Origin: an uncultured Actinomycetota bacterium
GTDB taxonomy: Bacteria; Actinomycetota; Actinomycetes; CAVWCF01
Reading direction: 5' to 3'
Assembly: GCA_963753435.1 (NCBI GenBank)
Contig: CAVWCF010000001.1
Location: forward strand, 256,001-320,000
Length of the DNA: 64,000 bases
Both the position numbers and the translations under genes were made by a program. The notes below the pieces were generated by a model. It worked only from the letters and a program-made list of their open reading frames with translations. It did no database searches and had not been told where the DNA came from. Shown piece by piece: positions 50,253-59,812 of this stretch (positions are counted from its first letter, which is position 1; each line of letters begins with the position of its first letter).

Positions 50253-51016
50253 GCGCCGATCGCGTGCAGCCCACCGTCCACATGAACGATGGACCCACTG
50301 GTGGCCGGGAACCAGTCGGACAGCAGCGCCACGCAGGCGCGGGCGGCCGGTTCCGGGTCGGTGACATCCCAACCGAGCGGGGCGCGGCCACTCCATACGC
50401 CCTCGAACTCCTCGAACCCGGGGATGCTCTTGGCCGCCATGGTCCGGATCGGGCCGGCGGCGACGAGGTTGACCCGAACACCTTCTGGTCCCAAATCCCG
50501 GGCCAGATACCGGGAGCAGGACTCCAGGCCGGCCTTGGCCACCCCCATCCAGTCGTAGGTGGGCCAGGCCACGGAGGCGTCAAAGTCGAGCCCAACGATG
50601 GAAGCCGGCTTGGCCAGCATCGGCCGACAAGCGACCGCCAGAGCCTGGAACGAATAGGTCGAGACGTGCAGCGCGGTAGCCACGTCCTCCCAACTGGTGT
50701 TCAGGAAGTTGCCGCCCAGCGCGGACTCCGGTGCGAACCCGATCGAGTGCAGCACCCCATCCAGACCATCTACGTGTTCGGCCAGCCGCTCTGGGAGAGC
50801 GCTCAAGTGATCCGGATCGGTGACGTCCAACTCGACCACCGGCGCCTCAACCGGCAACCGTTTGGCAATCCGTCCGGTAAGCCTCAGCACGCGACCGTAT
50901 GAGGAAAGCACGATTGTCGCGCCTTCTTCCTGAGCCAACCGGGCCACGTGGAACGCGATCGAGGCGTCGGTGAGCACGCCGGTGACCAAGATGCGCTTAC
51001 CGTCGAGAATTCCCAT
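50249..51016 (-). CDS. fabI: Enoyl-ACP reductase (InhA-like)
   Basis: TGVLTDASIAF, YDWMGVAKAGLE, AGPIRT. Confidence 0.95.
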   Translation of the reverse strand: MGILDGKRILVTGVLTDASIAFHVARLAQEEGATIVLSSYGRVLRLTGRIAKRLPVEAPVVELDVTDPDHLSALPERLAEHVDGLDGVLHSIGFAPESALGGNFLNTSWEDVATALHVSTYSFQALAVACRPMLAKPASIVGLDFDASVAWPTYDWMGVAKAGLESCSRYLARDLGPEGVRVNLVAAGPIRTMAAKSIPGFEEFEGVWSGRAPLGWDVTDPEPAARACVALLSDWFPATSGSIVHVDGGLHAIGA

Positions 51017-51720
51017 CAGTGCCCCATCCCCAATCCTCCGTCGACCGGCAACACCGCGCCGGTGATGTACGCCGCCTCATCGGATGCCAGGAAGCGAACT
51101 GCGGCGGCTACTTCGGCAGGTTCGGCATAGCGGCCCAGCGGCACCGCGGCCGCGATCTCCGCTCGGCGCTCATCTGACAGCGCCCGCGTCATATCCGTGT
51201 CGACAAATCCGGGGGCGACCACGTTGGCCGTGATGTTGCGCGAGCCCAGCTCGCGGGCCAGCGATCGCGCCAGACCGACGAGACCAGCCTTGGACGCGGC
51301 GTAGTTCGCCTGCCCGGCGGACCCGAGAAGTCCGACGACACTGGAGACGAAGATCAGCCGCCCCCATCGCGCTCGCAGCATTTGCTTGCTGGCCCGGCGG
51401 GCCACTCGCAACGAACCAGTCAGGTTCGTCTGCAGCACTGCTTCGATGTCTTCGTCGGTCATGCGCAGGAGCAATGCATCCCGAGTGATGCCGGCATTGG
51501 CGACCGCTACCTCAACCGGACCAAAACGTTCTGCGACCTCGTCGAAGGCCCGGTCGACCGATTCGCGATCGGTCACGTCACATGCGACCGCCGGCAGATC
51601 GGCCACCGGCTCACCGCTGCGGCTGGCCACGACCACGGTGTGTCCGGCCGCGGCCAAGTCCGACGCAATGGCCAATCCGATTCCGCGGTTGCCGCCGGTG
51701 ACCAAACAGACGCGCCCCAT
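51016..51720 (-). CDS. fabG: 3-oxoacyl-ACP reductase
   Basis: TGGNRGIG, NAGITRD, YAASK; coupled to fabI. Confidence 0.93.
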   Translation of the reverse strand: MGRVCLVTGGNRGIGLAIASDLAAAGHTVVVASRSGEPVADLPAVACDVTDRESVDRAFDEVAERFGPVEVAVANAGITRDALLLRMTDEDIEAVLQTNLTGSLRVARRASKQMLRARWGRLIFVSSVVGLLGSAGQANYAASKAGLVGLARSLARELGSRNITANVVAPGFVDTDMTRALSDERRAEIAAAVPLGRYAEPAEVAAAVRFLASDEAAYITGAVLPVDGGLGMGH

Positions 51721-51776
51721 GACCCTCCTCGTGGTTGCGGGGTGAACCTATCGCCGTGCCATGCCAGGATCGGCGC

Positions 51777-53264
51777 ATGGCCCGCGTAGACGATGACTTT
51801 CGCGCGCTTCCCCTCGATTCCTGCGCAGATGCGGCGCTTAGCGCCGCCACCGGCGCCGAACACACCCAGGTCCGCGTGGAGCGCATCCAAGGACACTCCA
51901 TTCGGTTGCGGGATGGATCGGTCGAGGGAACCAGCGACGACACCGACCTGGGGGTTTCGGTCCGGGTGGTCCACAACGGTGCCTGGGGGTTCGCGGCCGC
52001 AGCGGCCGTGACCCCGGACGCCGCGGCATCCTGCGCCCGCCTCGCGGTGGAGATGGCGCAGGCTTGCGCGCCCATGACTCCGGATCGGGTCGAGCTTCGG
52101 GATGAACCTGCAGCGACCGGCGAATGGGTTTCCGCCTATGACCTGGACCCGTTCGAAGTCGGTCTGCAGCAGCGACTTCAGCGGCTGCGGGAGTTGGCCG
52201 CGATGGCGGCCGGCCCGGGGGTGGATCACGTAGACGCTTCCTACAGCGCGGCCAAGGACCAGTGGTTCTACGCCGACAATCACGGTAGCCGGACGCTGCA
52301 GCAGCGGGTCCGGGTCCATCCGGAGCTGACGGTGATGCGGATCGGCGAATCGGGCATGGAGTCGATGCGGACCCTCGCGCCGCCGGTCGGTCGTGGCTGG
52401 GAATACCTGACCGGGACCGGCTGGGACGCCGAGGCCGAAGTTGCCGGGTTGTTCGAGCTCCTGGCCGAGAAGGTCGCTGCCCCAAGCATCGAAGCCGGCG
52501 CATACGACTTGCTGATCCATCCGAGCAACCTTTGGCTGACCATCCACGAGTCGGTCGGTCACGCGACGGAGTTGGACCGGGCACTCGGCTACGAGGCCAA
52601 CTACGCGGGCACCTCCTTTGCTACCCCGGATGGTTTGGGGTCGCTCAGGTACGGCTCACCGTTGATGCATGTGACCGGGGACCGGACGGTTCCGCACGGC
52701 TTGGCCACGGTTGGCTGGGACGCCGAAGGAGTGGCCGCGCAGCAATGGGATCTGGTCGCGGGTGGCACCCTCGTCGGGTATCAGGTGGACCGCCAGATCG
52801 CCGCCAAAGCGGGCATGGCCAGATCGAACGGCTGCGCCTATGCCGACTCCCCTGGTCATGTACCGATGCAGCGGATGGCGAACGTGTCGCTCATGCCGGG
52901 TTCCGATGACCTGAGTTGGGACGACCTGGTAGCCGGCATCGACGACGGGATCGCGGTCATCGGCGACAAGTCCTGGTCCATCGACATGCAGCGGTTCAAC
53001 TTCCAGTTCACCGGCCAGCGCTTCTACCGCATCAAGGGCGGCCAGGTTCGCGGTCAGGTCAAGGATGTTGCGTATCAAGCGACCACCACCGATTTCTGGG
53101 GCAGCCTTTCGCGGCTCGGCGGACCCAGCACCCACGTTCTGGGTGGCGCATTCAACTGCGGCAAGGGGCAACCTGGCCAAGTGGCACCCGTGAGCCATGG
53201 CACGCCGGCTGCGGTCTTCACCAGCGTCAACGTTCTGAACACTCGTCAGGAGGGTGGCCAGTGA
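51777..53264 (+). CDS. tldD: TldD metalloprotease subunit
   Basis: IHESVGHATELD, RMAN, CGKGQPGQ. Confidence 0.92.
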   Translation: MARVDDDFRALPLDSCADAALSAATGAEHTQVRVERIQGHSIRLRDGSVEGTSDDTDLGVSVRVVHNGAWGFAAAAAVTPDAAASCARLAVEMAQACAPMTPDRVELRDEPAATGEWVSAYDLDPFEVGLQQRLQRLRELAAMAAGPGVDHVDASYSAAKDQWFYADNHGSRTLQQRVRVHPELTVMRIGESGMESMRTLAPPVGRGWEYLTGTGWDAEAEVAGLFELLAEKVAAPSIEAGAYDLLIHPSNLWLTIHESVGHATELDRALGYEANYAGTSFATPDGLGSLRYGSPLMHVTGDRTVPHGLATVGWDAEGVAAQQWDLVAGGTLVGYQVDRQIAAKAGMARSNGCAYADSPGHVPMQRMANVSLMPGSDDLSWDDLVAGIDDGIAVIGDKSWSIDMQRFNFQFTGQRFYRIKGGQVRGQVKDVAYQATTTDFWGSLSRLGGPSTHVLGGAFNCGKGQPGQVAPVSHGTPAAVFTSVNVLNTRQEGGQ

Positions 53265-54637
53265 ACGGCGAACAGCTCGTCGAGCGGGCCCTGAGCCTTG
53301 CCGGCGGCGATGCTGTCGTTCTGGTCGAGTCAAACTCTCAGGCGAACGTGCGGTTTGCGAACAACTCGCTGACAACCAACGGGCTTGGCACGACTCATCG
53401 GGTGACCGTGATCGCCACCGCGGAGTCCGGCAAAGGGGTCAGCGTTGGGGCGTTGACTCGAGCCGGAGTTACCGACTCCGACCTGCCGGGGCTCGTTGCC
53501 GCGGCCGAGGCCGCGGCGCGCCAGGCGGACCCCGCGGAGGACGCAGCCGACCTGTTGGCCGCACCTGCCGCCGCTGATTTCGCCGACCCCGCGCCGGCTG
53601 CTGCACCGGCCGACCTGGCAGGTGTGGCCGCCGGCCTCGGTGACGCATTCACTGATGCGAACGCGGCAGCGGTGGCGCTGTTCGGCTATGTCGAATACGA
53701 CTTGACCACGACCTGGCTCGGCTCAAGCACCGGGTTGCGTAGGCGTCATGTCCAGCCCAGCGCCCGAGTTGACATGACCGCCAAGAGTCACGGCGGCACC
53801 CGGAGTACTTGGTCGGGAGTTAACGCCACCACGCTTGCAGACGTGAACGTGGCCGGACTCTACGAGGAGTCACTGGTGCGGCTGGGCTGGCAGGCGCGCA
53901 AGGTTGATACCGATCCCGGCCGGCACCCGGTTCTGCTGTCACCAAGCGCCGTCGCCGATCTGATGGTCTACCTCTACTGGACCGCTGATGTGCGCGACGC
54001 GGCCGAGGGCCGCACCGTGTTCAGCCGAGCCGGGGGCGGCACTCGGCTGGGTGAGACGTTCACGCCCCGCGCGTTGCGGATCTGGTCGGACCCGGATGAC
54101 GTCAACGTCGGGTGCCTGCCTTTCGTCGCGGCAGAATCCTCCGGAGGCGGCCAGTCCGTCTTCGACAACGGCATGGACCTGACCGCGACCGACTGGATCC
54201 ATGACGGGCGACTTGCCAGCCTTTGGGGCAGCCGCTTCTCCGCAGGTCTTGCGGGCCAACCCTGCCGTCCCCCGATCGACAACCTGCTGATCAACGACAG
54301 GGACGGCCACGGGGACTTGGAAGCCGTCATCGCTCGGACGGAAGACGCCTTGCTTGTCACCAGCCTCTGGTACATGCGCGAGGTGGACCCGCCCACCCTG
54401 CTGCTGACGGGGTTGACCCGGGACGGGGTCTACCGGATCCGGGACGGTGAGGTGGTCGGCGCCACCTCGAACTACCGATTCAACGAATCGCCCGTCGACA
54501 TCCTGAGTCGGGTTAGCGATGTCGGCGGCAGCGCAAGGACGATGTGCCGCGAATGGGGTGACTTCTTCTCACGCGTCGTAGCACCGCCGATGACCGTGTC
54601 GGACTTCAATCTGTCCACACGCAGCCAGGCATCCTGA
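53261..54637 (+). CDS. TldE/PmbA-like subunit
   Basis: RFANNS, TGLTRDG, NYRFNESP; no HExxxH; GTGA overlap with tldD. Confidence 0.88.
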   Translation: MNGEQLVERALSLAGGDAVVLVESNSQANVRFANNSLTTNGLGTTHRVTVIATAESGKGVSVGALTRAGVTDSDLPGLVAAAEAAARQADPAEDAADLLAAPAAADFADPAPAAAPADLAGVAAGLGDAFTDANAAAVALFGYVEYDLTTTWLGSSTGLRRRHVQPSARVDMTAKSHGGTRSTWSGVNATTLADVNVAGLYEESLVRLGWQARKVDTDPGRHPVLLSPSAVADLMVYLYWTADVRDAAEGRTVFSRAGGGTRLGETFTPRALRIWSDPDDVNVGCLPFVAAESSGGGQSVFDNGMDLTATDWIHDGRLASLWGSRFSAGLAGQPCRPPIDNLLINDRDGHGDLEAVIARTEDALLVTSLWYMREVDPPTLLLTGLTRDGVYRIRDGEVVGATSNYRFNESPVDILSRVSDVGGSARTMCREWGDFFSRVVAPPMTVSDFNLSTRSQAS

Positions 54638-54639
54638 AG

Positions 54640-54858
54640 TCAGTCCGCTGCGTCCTCTAGCCGGAAGCCGACCTTCATGCCTACCTGCCAGTGGGCCACT
54701 GATCCGTCGACGATCTGCCCCCGGATCTCGGTGACCTCAAACCAGTCAAGGTGTCGCAGAGTCTGCGCGGCGCGGTCGATGCCGTTGGTTATCGCATCGT
54801 CTACACCGCTCGCGGACGTCCCCACGATCTCTGACAGCCGGTAGGTGCGGTTGGCCAT
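54640..54858 (-). CDS. Dodecin (flavin-binding)
   Basis: TYRLSEIVGTS, LDWFEV, WQVGMKVGFRLE; AGGAGG RBS. Confidence 0.92.
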   Translation of the reverse strand: MANRTYRLSEIVGTSASGVDDAITNGIDRAAQTLRHLDWFEVTEIRGQIVDGSVAHWQVGMKVGFRLEDAAD

Positions 54859-54960
54859 ATTTCCTCCTAGGTCGGACGACATGATCACGCATCCTTCGGC
54901 GAAGCGGTACCGAACAAGTGGCGGCGCGCCGGACGAGCCGGTTGCGTCTACCGTTGAGCC

Positions 54961-55251
54961 GTGTCCCAGCCGGTGTACCGGATCTCCTCCGCCCCACGGG
55001 CGCTGAGCGACGATGTCGACTTCCGAACGCGTCGATACCTGATTTCGATGGCTGTTCGAACTTCTTGCCTGCTGGGCGCCTTCATTGTTCCCAGCCCGTG
55101 GCGGTGGTTTCTGCTGGCCGGTGCGGTGTTCCTGCCGATGATCGCGGTCGTTCTGGCAAATGCCGGCCGGGAGCGGGTGGTCAGCCCGCCGACCACTGTG
55201 CTGCTGGATGACCGGCAGACCCTGACGGGTGCACCGGATCAAGATCCCTAG
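54961..55251 (+). CDS. DUF3099-domain membrane protein
   Basis: RYLISMAVRTSC, LPMIAVVLAN. Confidence 0.85.
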   Translation: MSQPVYRISSAPRALSDDVDFRTRRYLISMAVRTSCLLGAFIVPSPWRWFLLAGAVFLPMIAVVLANAGRERVVSPPTTVLLDDRQTLTGAPDQDP

Positions 55252-55269
55252 ACCGATTACCGTCGCGGC

Positions 55270-56007
55270 GTGAGCGCCATGCTGAGGCAACCGCGTTGGT
55301 GGGCGCTAGTTGTCCTGGTGCTACTGGTCGTCCTCGCCACGATCCAACTGGGCCGATGGCAGTTCGGGCGCTGGGAAGACCGCCGGGAGCAGGCGGATGC
55401 GGTGAGATCGGCTCTGCAGCAGCAACCGCAACCCTTGGCGGACGTGGTGGCGACCGAAGCCGGTGCGGATGACCTTCGGTTCAAGTCGGTCGAGGCATCG
55501 GGCGTTTACCAGGCTGACCGCACGGTCCTGGTCCGCAATCGCCCACTGGACGGGCGAAACGGTTACCTGGTCCTGGTACCGCTGGCCACTGTGGACGGGA
55601 CGGTGGCCGTCAACCGCGGCTGGATTCCCGCCGGAACCACCGCCACTGCTCCTGACGAGGTGCCCGAACCGCCTAGTGGAACCGTCACAGTGATCGGCCG
55701 GATCCAGCCGGATGAACCGGCTAGCACGGCCCCGGATCTGCCTCCGGGGCAGTCGCTGAGCTTGTCGGGGGCGGCAACTCAGGCGGACGCACTGCCCGGT
55801 GCATATCTGGATCTGGTGTCCGAAGACCCGCGAACCGAACCCGCACCCACTCCCCCGAAACCCCCCGGAACTGGAACCGGTCCGCATCTGGTCTACGCGG
55901 TGCAGTGGTGGCTCTTCGGAGTCGTCGCCGTGGTCGGCTTCATCCTGCTCACCCGCCGGGACGTACTTGCGCAGACACCTGATCCGGGCCACGGCGCGAG
56001 CGTCTGA
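55270..56007 (+). CDS. SURF1-family protein
   Basis: LGRWQ, VNRGWIP, HLVYAVQWWLF. Confidence 0.9.
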   Translation: MSAMLRQPRWWALVVLVLLVVLATIQLGRWQFGRWEDRREQADAVRSALQQQPQPLADVVATEAGADDLRFKSVEASGVYQADRTVLVRNRPLDGRNGYLVLVPLATVDGTVAVNRGWIPAGTTATAPDEVPEPPSGTVTVIGRIQPDEPASTAPDLPPGQSLSLSGAATQADALPGAYLDLVSEDPRTEPAPTPPKPPGTGTGPHLVYAVQWWLFGVVAVVGFILLTRRDVLAQTPDPGHGASV

Positions 56008-56024
56008 CACGGCACGATGCGGTC

Positions 56025-56780
56025 ATGGATCTTGGACTGACCGACCGCACGTACATCGTCACCGGGGCCACCCGCGGCATCGGGCGGGCCATAGCCGCTG
56101 AGCTGGTTGCGGAGGGAGCTCGGGTGGTCATCTCCGGTCGCACCCCCACCACCGTTTCCGCCGCGGTCGCTGAGTTTGGGCCTGACCGCGCCGTCGGTGT
56201 CGTCGCCGACAACGGCGACCCCGGCACACCCGCGGCACTGTTGGTCGCTGCCGAGCGCTTCGGACGCCTAGACGGGCTGGCCGTAAGCGTCGGCGGCCCC
56301 CAGCCGGGCTCGGTCCTGGACGCGCCCGACGACGTTTGGCGCACCGGATTCGAAACCATTCTGTTGGGCGCAGTCCGACTCGTGCGCGAGATAGTTCCCA
56401 GACTCACCGCGGACGGTTCGGTGCTTCTGGTCCTGTCCGGATCCGTGCGCCAGCCGCTCGGCGGGCTAGCCGTGAGCAATGGGCTGCGGCCGGGCTTGGC
56501 AATGGTTGCCAAGTCACTGGCCGACGAGGTCGGCCCGCGGGGGGTGCGAGTGAACTCGCTGCTGCCCGGGCGCATCGACACCGACCGCCTGCGCGAATTG
56601 GATGCCTTGGCAGCTGATCCGGTGGCGCACCGGGCCGCGGCCGAAGCAACGATTCCGCTGCGGCGCTACGGTCAGCCCGCCGAAACCGGCCGAGTCGGTG
56701 CTTTCTTGCTGTCGCCGGCTGCTTCGTACGTGACCGGCTCGGCCATCCCCGTCGACGGTGGGTTGCTCCGGGGGACGTGA
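56025..56780 (+). CDS. SDR-family oxidoreductase
   Basis: TGATRGIG, SNGLRPGL, PGRIDTDR. Confidence 0.9.
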   Translation: MDLGLTDRTYIVTGATRGIGRAIAAELVAEGARVVISGRTPTTVSAAVAEFGPDRAVGVVADNGDPGTPAALLVAAERFGRLDGLAVSVGGPQPGSVLDAPDDVWRTGFETILLGAVRLVREIVPRLTADGSVLLVLSGSVRQPLGGLAVSNGLRPGLAMVAKSLADEVGPRGVRVNSLLPGRIDTDRLRELDALAADPVAHRAAAEATIPLRRYGQPAETGRVGAFLLSPAASYVTGSAIPVDGGLLRGT

Positions 56781-56782
56781 CT

Positions 56783-58660
56783 TCAGTTCAGGACGGGGTC
56801 CTGCTCCTGGAACTGAGTGCGGTACAGATCGGCGTACACGCCGCCAGCGGCAAGCAGTTGGTCGTGGTTGCCGCGTTCAGCGATACGCCCGTCGACGATG
56901 CACAGGATTTCGTCGGCGTGGCGCACCGTCGAGAGCCGGTGGGCGATGACCAGAGAGGTCCGGCCCTCCAGCGCGGTGTCGAGAGCCCGCTGGACGGCAA
57001 CCTCGGACTCGGAGTCCAGGTGGGCGGTCGCCTCGTCCAGAACCACCACGGCCGGCGCTTTGAGCAGTAGGCGGGCGATGGCCAGGCGCTGTTTCTCGCC
57101 GCCGGAGAGCCGGTACCCGCGGTCCCCGACCACGGTGTCCAATCCGTCCGGCAGGGATTCGATCAGCGTCCAGATCTGCGCGTCGCGGCACGCCTGTTCC
57201 AGTTCGGCGTCGTTGGCCTCGGGCCTGGCGTAGCGCAGGTTGTTACCGATCGTGTCGTGGAACAGATGTGCGTCCTGAGTCACCACTCCGACGGTCGCAT
57301 GCAGGGACTCCAGGCTCAGGTCACGTACGTCGCCACCTCCGACTCGAACCGTGCCGTCGATTGCGTCATACAGGCGCGGTACTAGTGCAGTGATGGTGGT
57401 TTTGCCGGCTCCGGAGGGGCCGACGAGGGCGGTCATCTGGCCCGGCTCCACGCGGAAGGAAACGTCCTTCAGCACCATGCCACTGGGAGTGCTCTCCAGC
57501 CGGGCCACGGACTCCAGCGATGCCAGCGAGACCTCCTGCGCCGTCGGATAGCGAAACGAAACGTGATCGAACTCAACCGCGGCCGGGCCAGGGGTAACGG
57601 CCCTGGCCTTCGGCGATTCCTGCACCAGCGGGGCCAGGTCGAGAACCTCGAACACCCGGTCGAACGAAACCAGCGCGGTCATGACGTCGACGCGCACGTT
57701 CGACAGCGCGGTGAGCGGGCCGTACAGACGGGTTAGCAGGCCGGCCAGGGCTACCAGGGTGCCTACCGTGAGCGTCCCCTCGACCGCCAAGTACCCACCG
57801 ACGCCGTAGACCAGCGCGGTGGCCAGGGCGGCGACCAGGGTCAGCGCGGTGAAGAAGATGCGGTTGGCCAGGGCAATCCGGACCCCGATCTCGCGGACCT
57901 CGGCGGCGCGATCGGAGAAGAGTTCGTCCTCCCGCTCCGGGCGCCCATACAACTTGGCCAACATGGCGCCGGAGACGTTGAACCGTTCCGTCATCACCGC
58001 ACTCATGTCGGCGTTCAGGTCCATCGACCTGCGGGTCAGCCGTTGCAGTTGCCGCCCCATCGCCTTTGCCGGCCAGAGGAACAGCGGCAGCAGGATGATG
58101 GACGCCAACGTGATCGGCCATGACAGCGCCAGCATTGCCAGGATGACAAGAACCAGCGTGATTGCGCTGGAGACCACGTTCGACAGAGTTGACGTGAACG
58201 CCTGCTGCGCGCCGATCACATCGGAGTTCAGTCGCGAGATCAGTGCTCCGGTCTGGGTACGCGTGAAGAACGGCAGCGACATGCGTTGAACGTGCGCGAA
58301 CACCTGGGTGCGCAAATCGAAGATGAGTCCTTCACCGATCTTGGCGGACCAGAGCCGACCGATCAGGGTGACTCCGGCATCGGCGATGGCGATGACGCCC
58401 ACCAGGACCGCCAGTCGGATGACCACGCCGCTGTCTCCGGCCAGTACCCCGTCGTCGATGATTCGCTGGAACAGCAGCGGGGTGGCCACAACGAGCACCG
58501 CACTGATGACGACCGTCACCAAGAAGGCCCCAATGAGCCCCCAGTAGGGCCGGGCGAAACCCACGATGCGGCGCACGGTGCCGGAGTCCAACCGGTGCGT
58601 CAGCACCGAACGGTCCCGACGCATTGACGAGTAGGCCATCCAGGGCCCGGGCATGCTCAT
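56783..58660 (-). CDS. ABC exporter, fused permease/ATPase
   Basis: 6 TM, GPSGAGKT, LSGGEKQR, LDEATAHLD; GGAGG before ATG 58660. Confidence 0.93.
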   Translation of the reverse strand: MSMPGPWMAYSSMRRDRSVLTHRLDSGTVRRIVGFARPYWGLIGAFLVTVVISAVLVVATPLLFQRIIDDGVLAGDSGVVIRLAVLVGVIAIADAGVTLIGRLWSAKIGEGLIFDLRTQVFAHVQRMSLPFFTRTQTGALISRLNSDVIGAQQAFTSTLSNVVSSAITLVLVILAMLALSWPITLASIILLPLFLWPAKAMGRQLQRLTRRSMDLNADMSAVMTERFNVSGAMLAKLYGRPEREDELFSDRAAEVREIGVRIALANRIFFTALTLVAALATALVYGVGGYLAVEGTLTVGTLVALAGLLTRLYGPLTALSNVRVDVMTALVSFDRVFEVLDLAPLVQESPKARAVTPGPAAVEFDHVSFRYPTAQEVSLASLESVARLESTPSGMVLKDVSFRVEPGQMTALVGPSGAGKTTITALVPRLYDAIDGTVRVGGGDVRDLSLESLHATVGVVTQDAHLFHDTIGNNLRYARPEANDAELEQACRDAQIWTLIESLPDGLDTVVGDRGYRLSGGEKQRLAIARLLLKAPAVVVLDEATAHLDSESEVAVQRALDTALEGRTSLVIAHRLSTVRHADEILCIVDGRIAERGNHDQLLAAGGVYADLYRTQFQEQDPVLN

Positions 58661-58691
58661 GCAAGTACCTCCACCGATGCGCAACGCAGAA

Positions 58692-59492
58692 TCAGTCGAG
58701 ATCCTTCCCCAGGAGGCGCCGCTGCGCCTCTCGCTCTGCCTGCCACTGCTGTTGCGGAGTCCGGCCACGGGCGGAAACCAGCAAGGCGATGGTCTCGTTC
58801 ACTGCGGTCGCCGGGGAGCTGAGGATGGCGGTTGCCAGGTCGGCGGCTGCGTCGTCCAACTCCTCACGGGGAATTGCGCGCACGGCGAGGCCGCGTGCCA
58901 CCGCCTCCTCCGCCGTCAGCCATCGTCCCGTCAGACACAGTTCCAGTGCGGTGGCCTCACCAACGGCTGTCACCAGTCGCTGGGTCCCGGTCAGATCGGG
59001 TACCAGTCCGAGAGTGGTTTCACGCATGGCGAACAGCGCATCGTCGGCCACAACCCGCAGGTGGCAAGCCAACGCCAACTGAAAACCGGCGCCCACCGCA
59101 TGCCCACCCACCGCGGCGATGCTCAGCAAGCCGGGTCGCTGCCACCAGGTGAACGCGTCCTGAAACTTCTCCAGGGTCTGGTCCAGGGCCGCAGCCGACA
59201 GCTGCCGCAGGGAAGCGATTGTCGTACCCGATCCGTTCGCGGCTGCGCCACTGCCCGTGACGTCGGCGGGGCTTCCCGTGAGCACGCTGCGGTCCAGTCC
59301 GGCCGAGAACGACGGGCCATTGGCCCGCAGCAGGACGACACGGACGGAATCTGGAAGCTGCTCTCCGATCTCAGCGAGTCGGGCCCACGTCGCCGGGGTC
59401 TGGGCGTTGCGGCGATCGGGATTGTCCAGGGTCACGGTGGCGCAGGGGCCGTCGAGGTCCAGCCGGACCCCGTCGACGACGTCGCCGGTCAG
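58692..59492 (-). CDS. Enoyl-CoA hydratase/isomerase family protein
   Basis: FSAGLD, GHAVGAGFQLALAC, ETTLGLVPD; frame open back to CTG 59492 (track start GTG 59435). Confidence 0.88.
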   Translation of the reverse strand: MTGDVVDGVRLDLDGPCATVTLDNPDRRNAQTPATWARLAEIGEQLPDSVRVVLLRANGPSFSAGLDRSVLTGSPADVTGSGAAANGSGTTIASLRQLSAAALDQTLEKFQDAFTWWQRPGLLSIAAVGGHAVGAGFQLALACHLRVVADDALFAMRETTLGLVPDLTGTQRLVTAVGEATALELCLTGRWLTAEEAVARGLAVRAIPREELDDAAADLATAILSSPATAVNETIALLVSARGRTPQQQWQAEREAQRRLLGKDLD

Positions 59493-59701
59493 CTCTTGGC
59501 CTTGCCGCGGGTCGCGCCACCCCGGGAGCGCATCGACGCGCCCGATTCCGACAGCAGGCGATGTACGAAGCCGTAGGAGCGGCCGGTGGACTCAGCCAGC
59601 GCCCGGATCGATGTGCCGGCTTCGTATTGGCGGCGCAGGTCGGCCGCCAGGCTGCTGCGCTCGCCTCCGGCGATGCGCCGTCCCTTGCCGAAATCCGCCA
59701 C
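59489..59701 (-). CDS. gbn: Small HTH protein, probable orthologue of Streptomyces GATC-binding nucleoid protein (SCO1839)
   Basis: YEAGTSIRALAESTGRSYGFVHRLLSESG..RSRGG; AGGAGG RBS; between ABC-F and enoyl-CoA hydratase genes. Confidence 0.75.
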   Translation of the reverse strand: MADFGKGRRIAGGERSSLAADLRRQYEAGTSIRALAESTGRSYGFVHRLLSESGASMRSRGGATRGKAKS

Positions 59702-59812
59702 GGCTCCTCCTTGTTGACGCCCGCCCACCGATGATCCACCAGCCAGGACCGCGGCGCCACCAGTTCGGGTCAGTGCGGCCGGATGCTGGTTCAGGATCGC
59801 GGCCCGGCCAGA

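Noticed and set aside
51777-54858. TldD/E plus small ORF as a RiPP system
   Set aside because: The small ORF is a convergent dodecin; no precursor or modifying enzymes.
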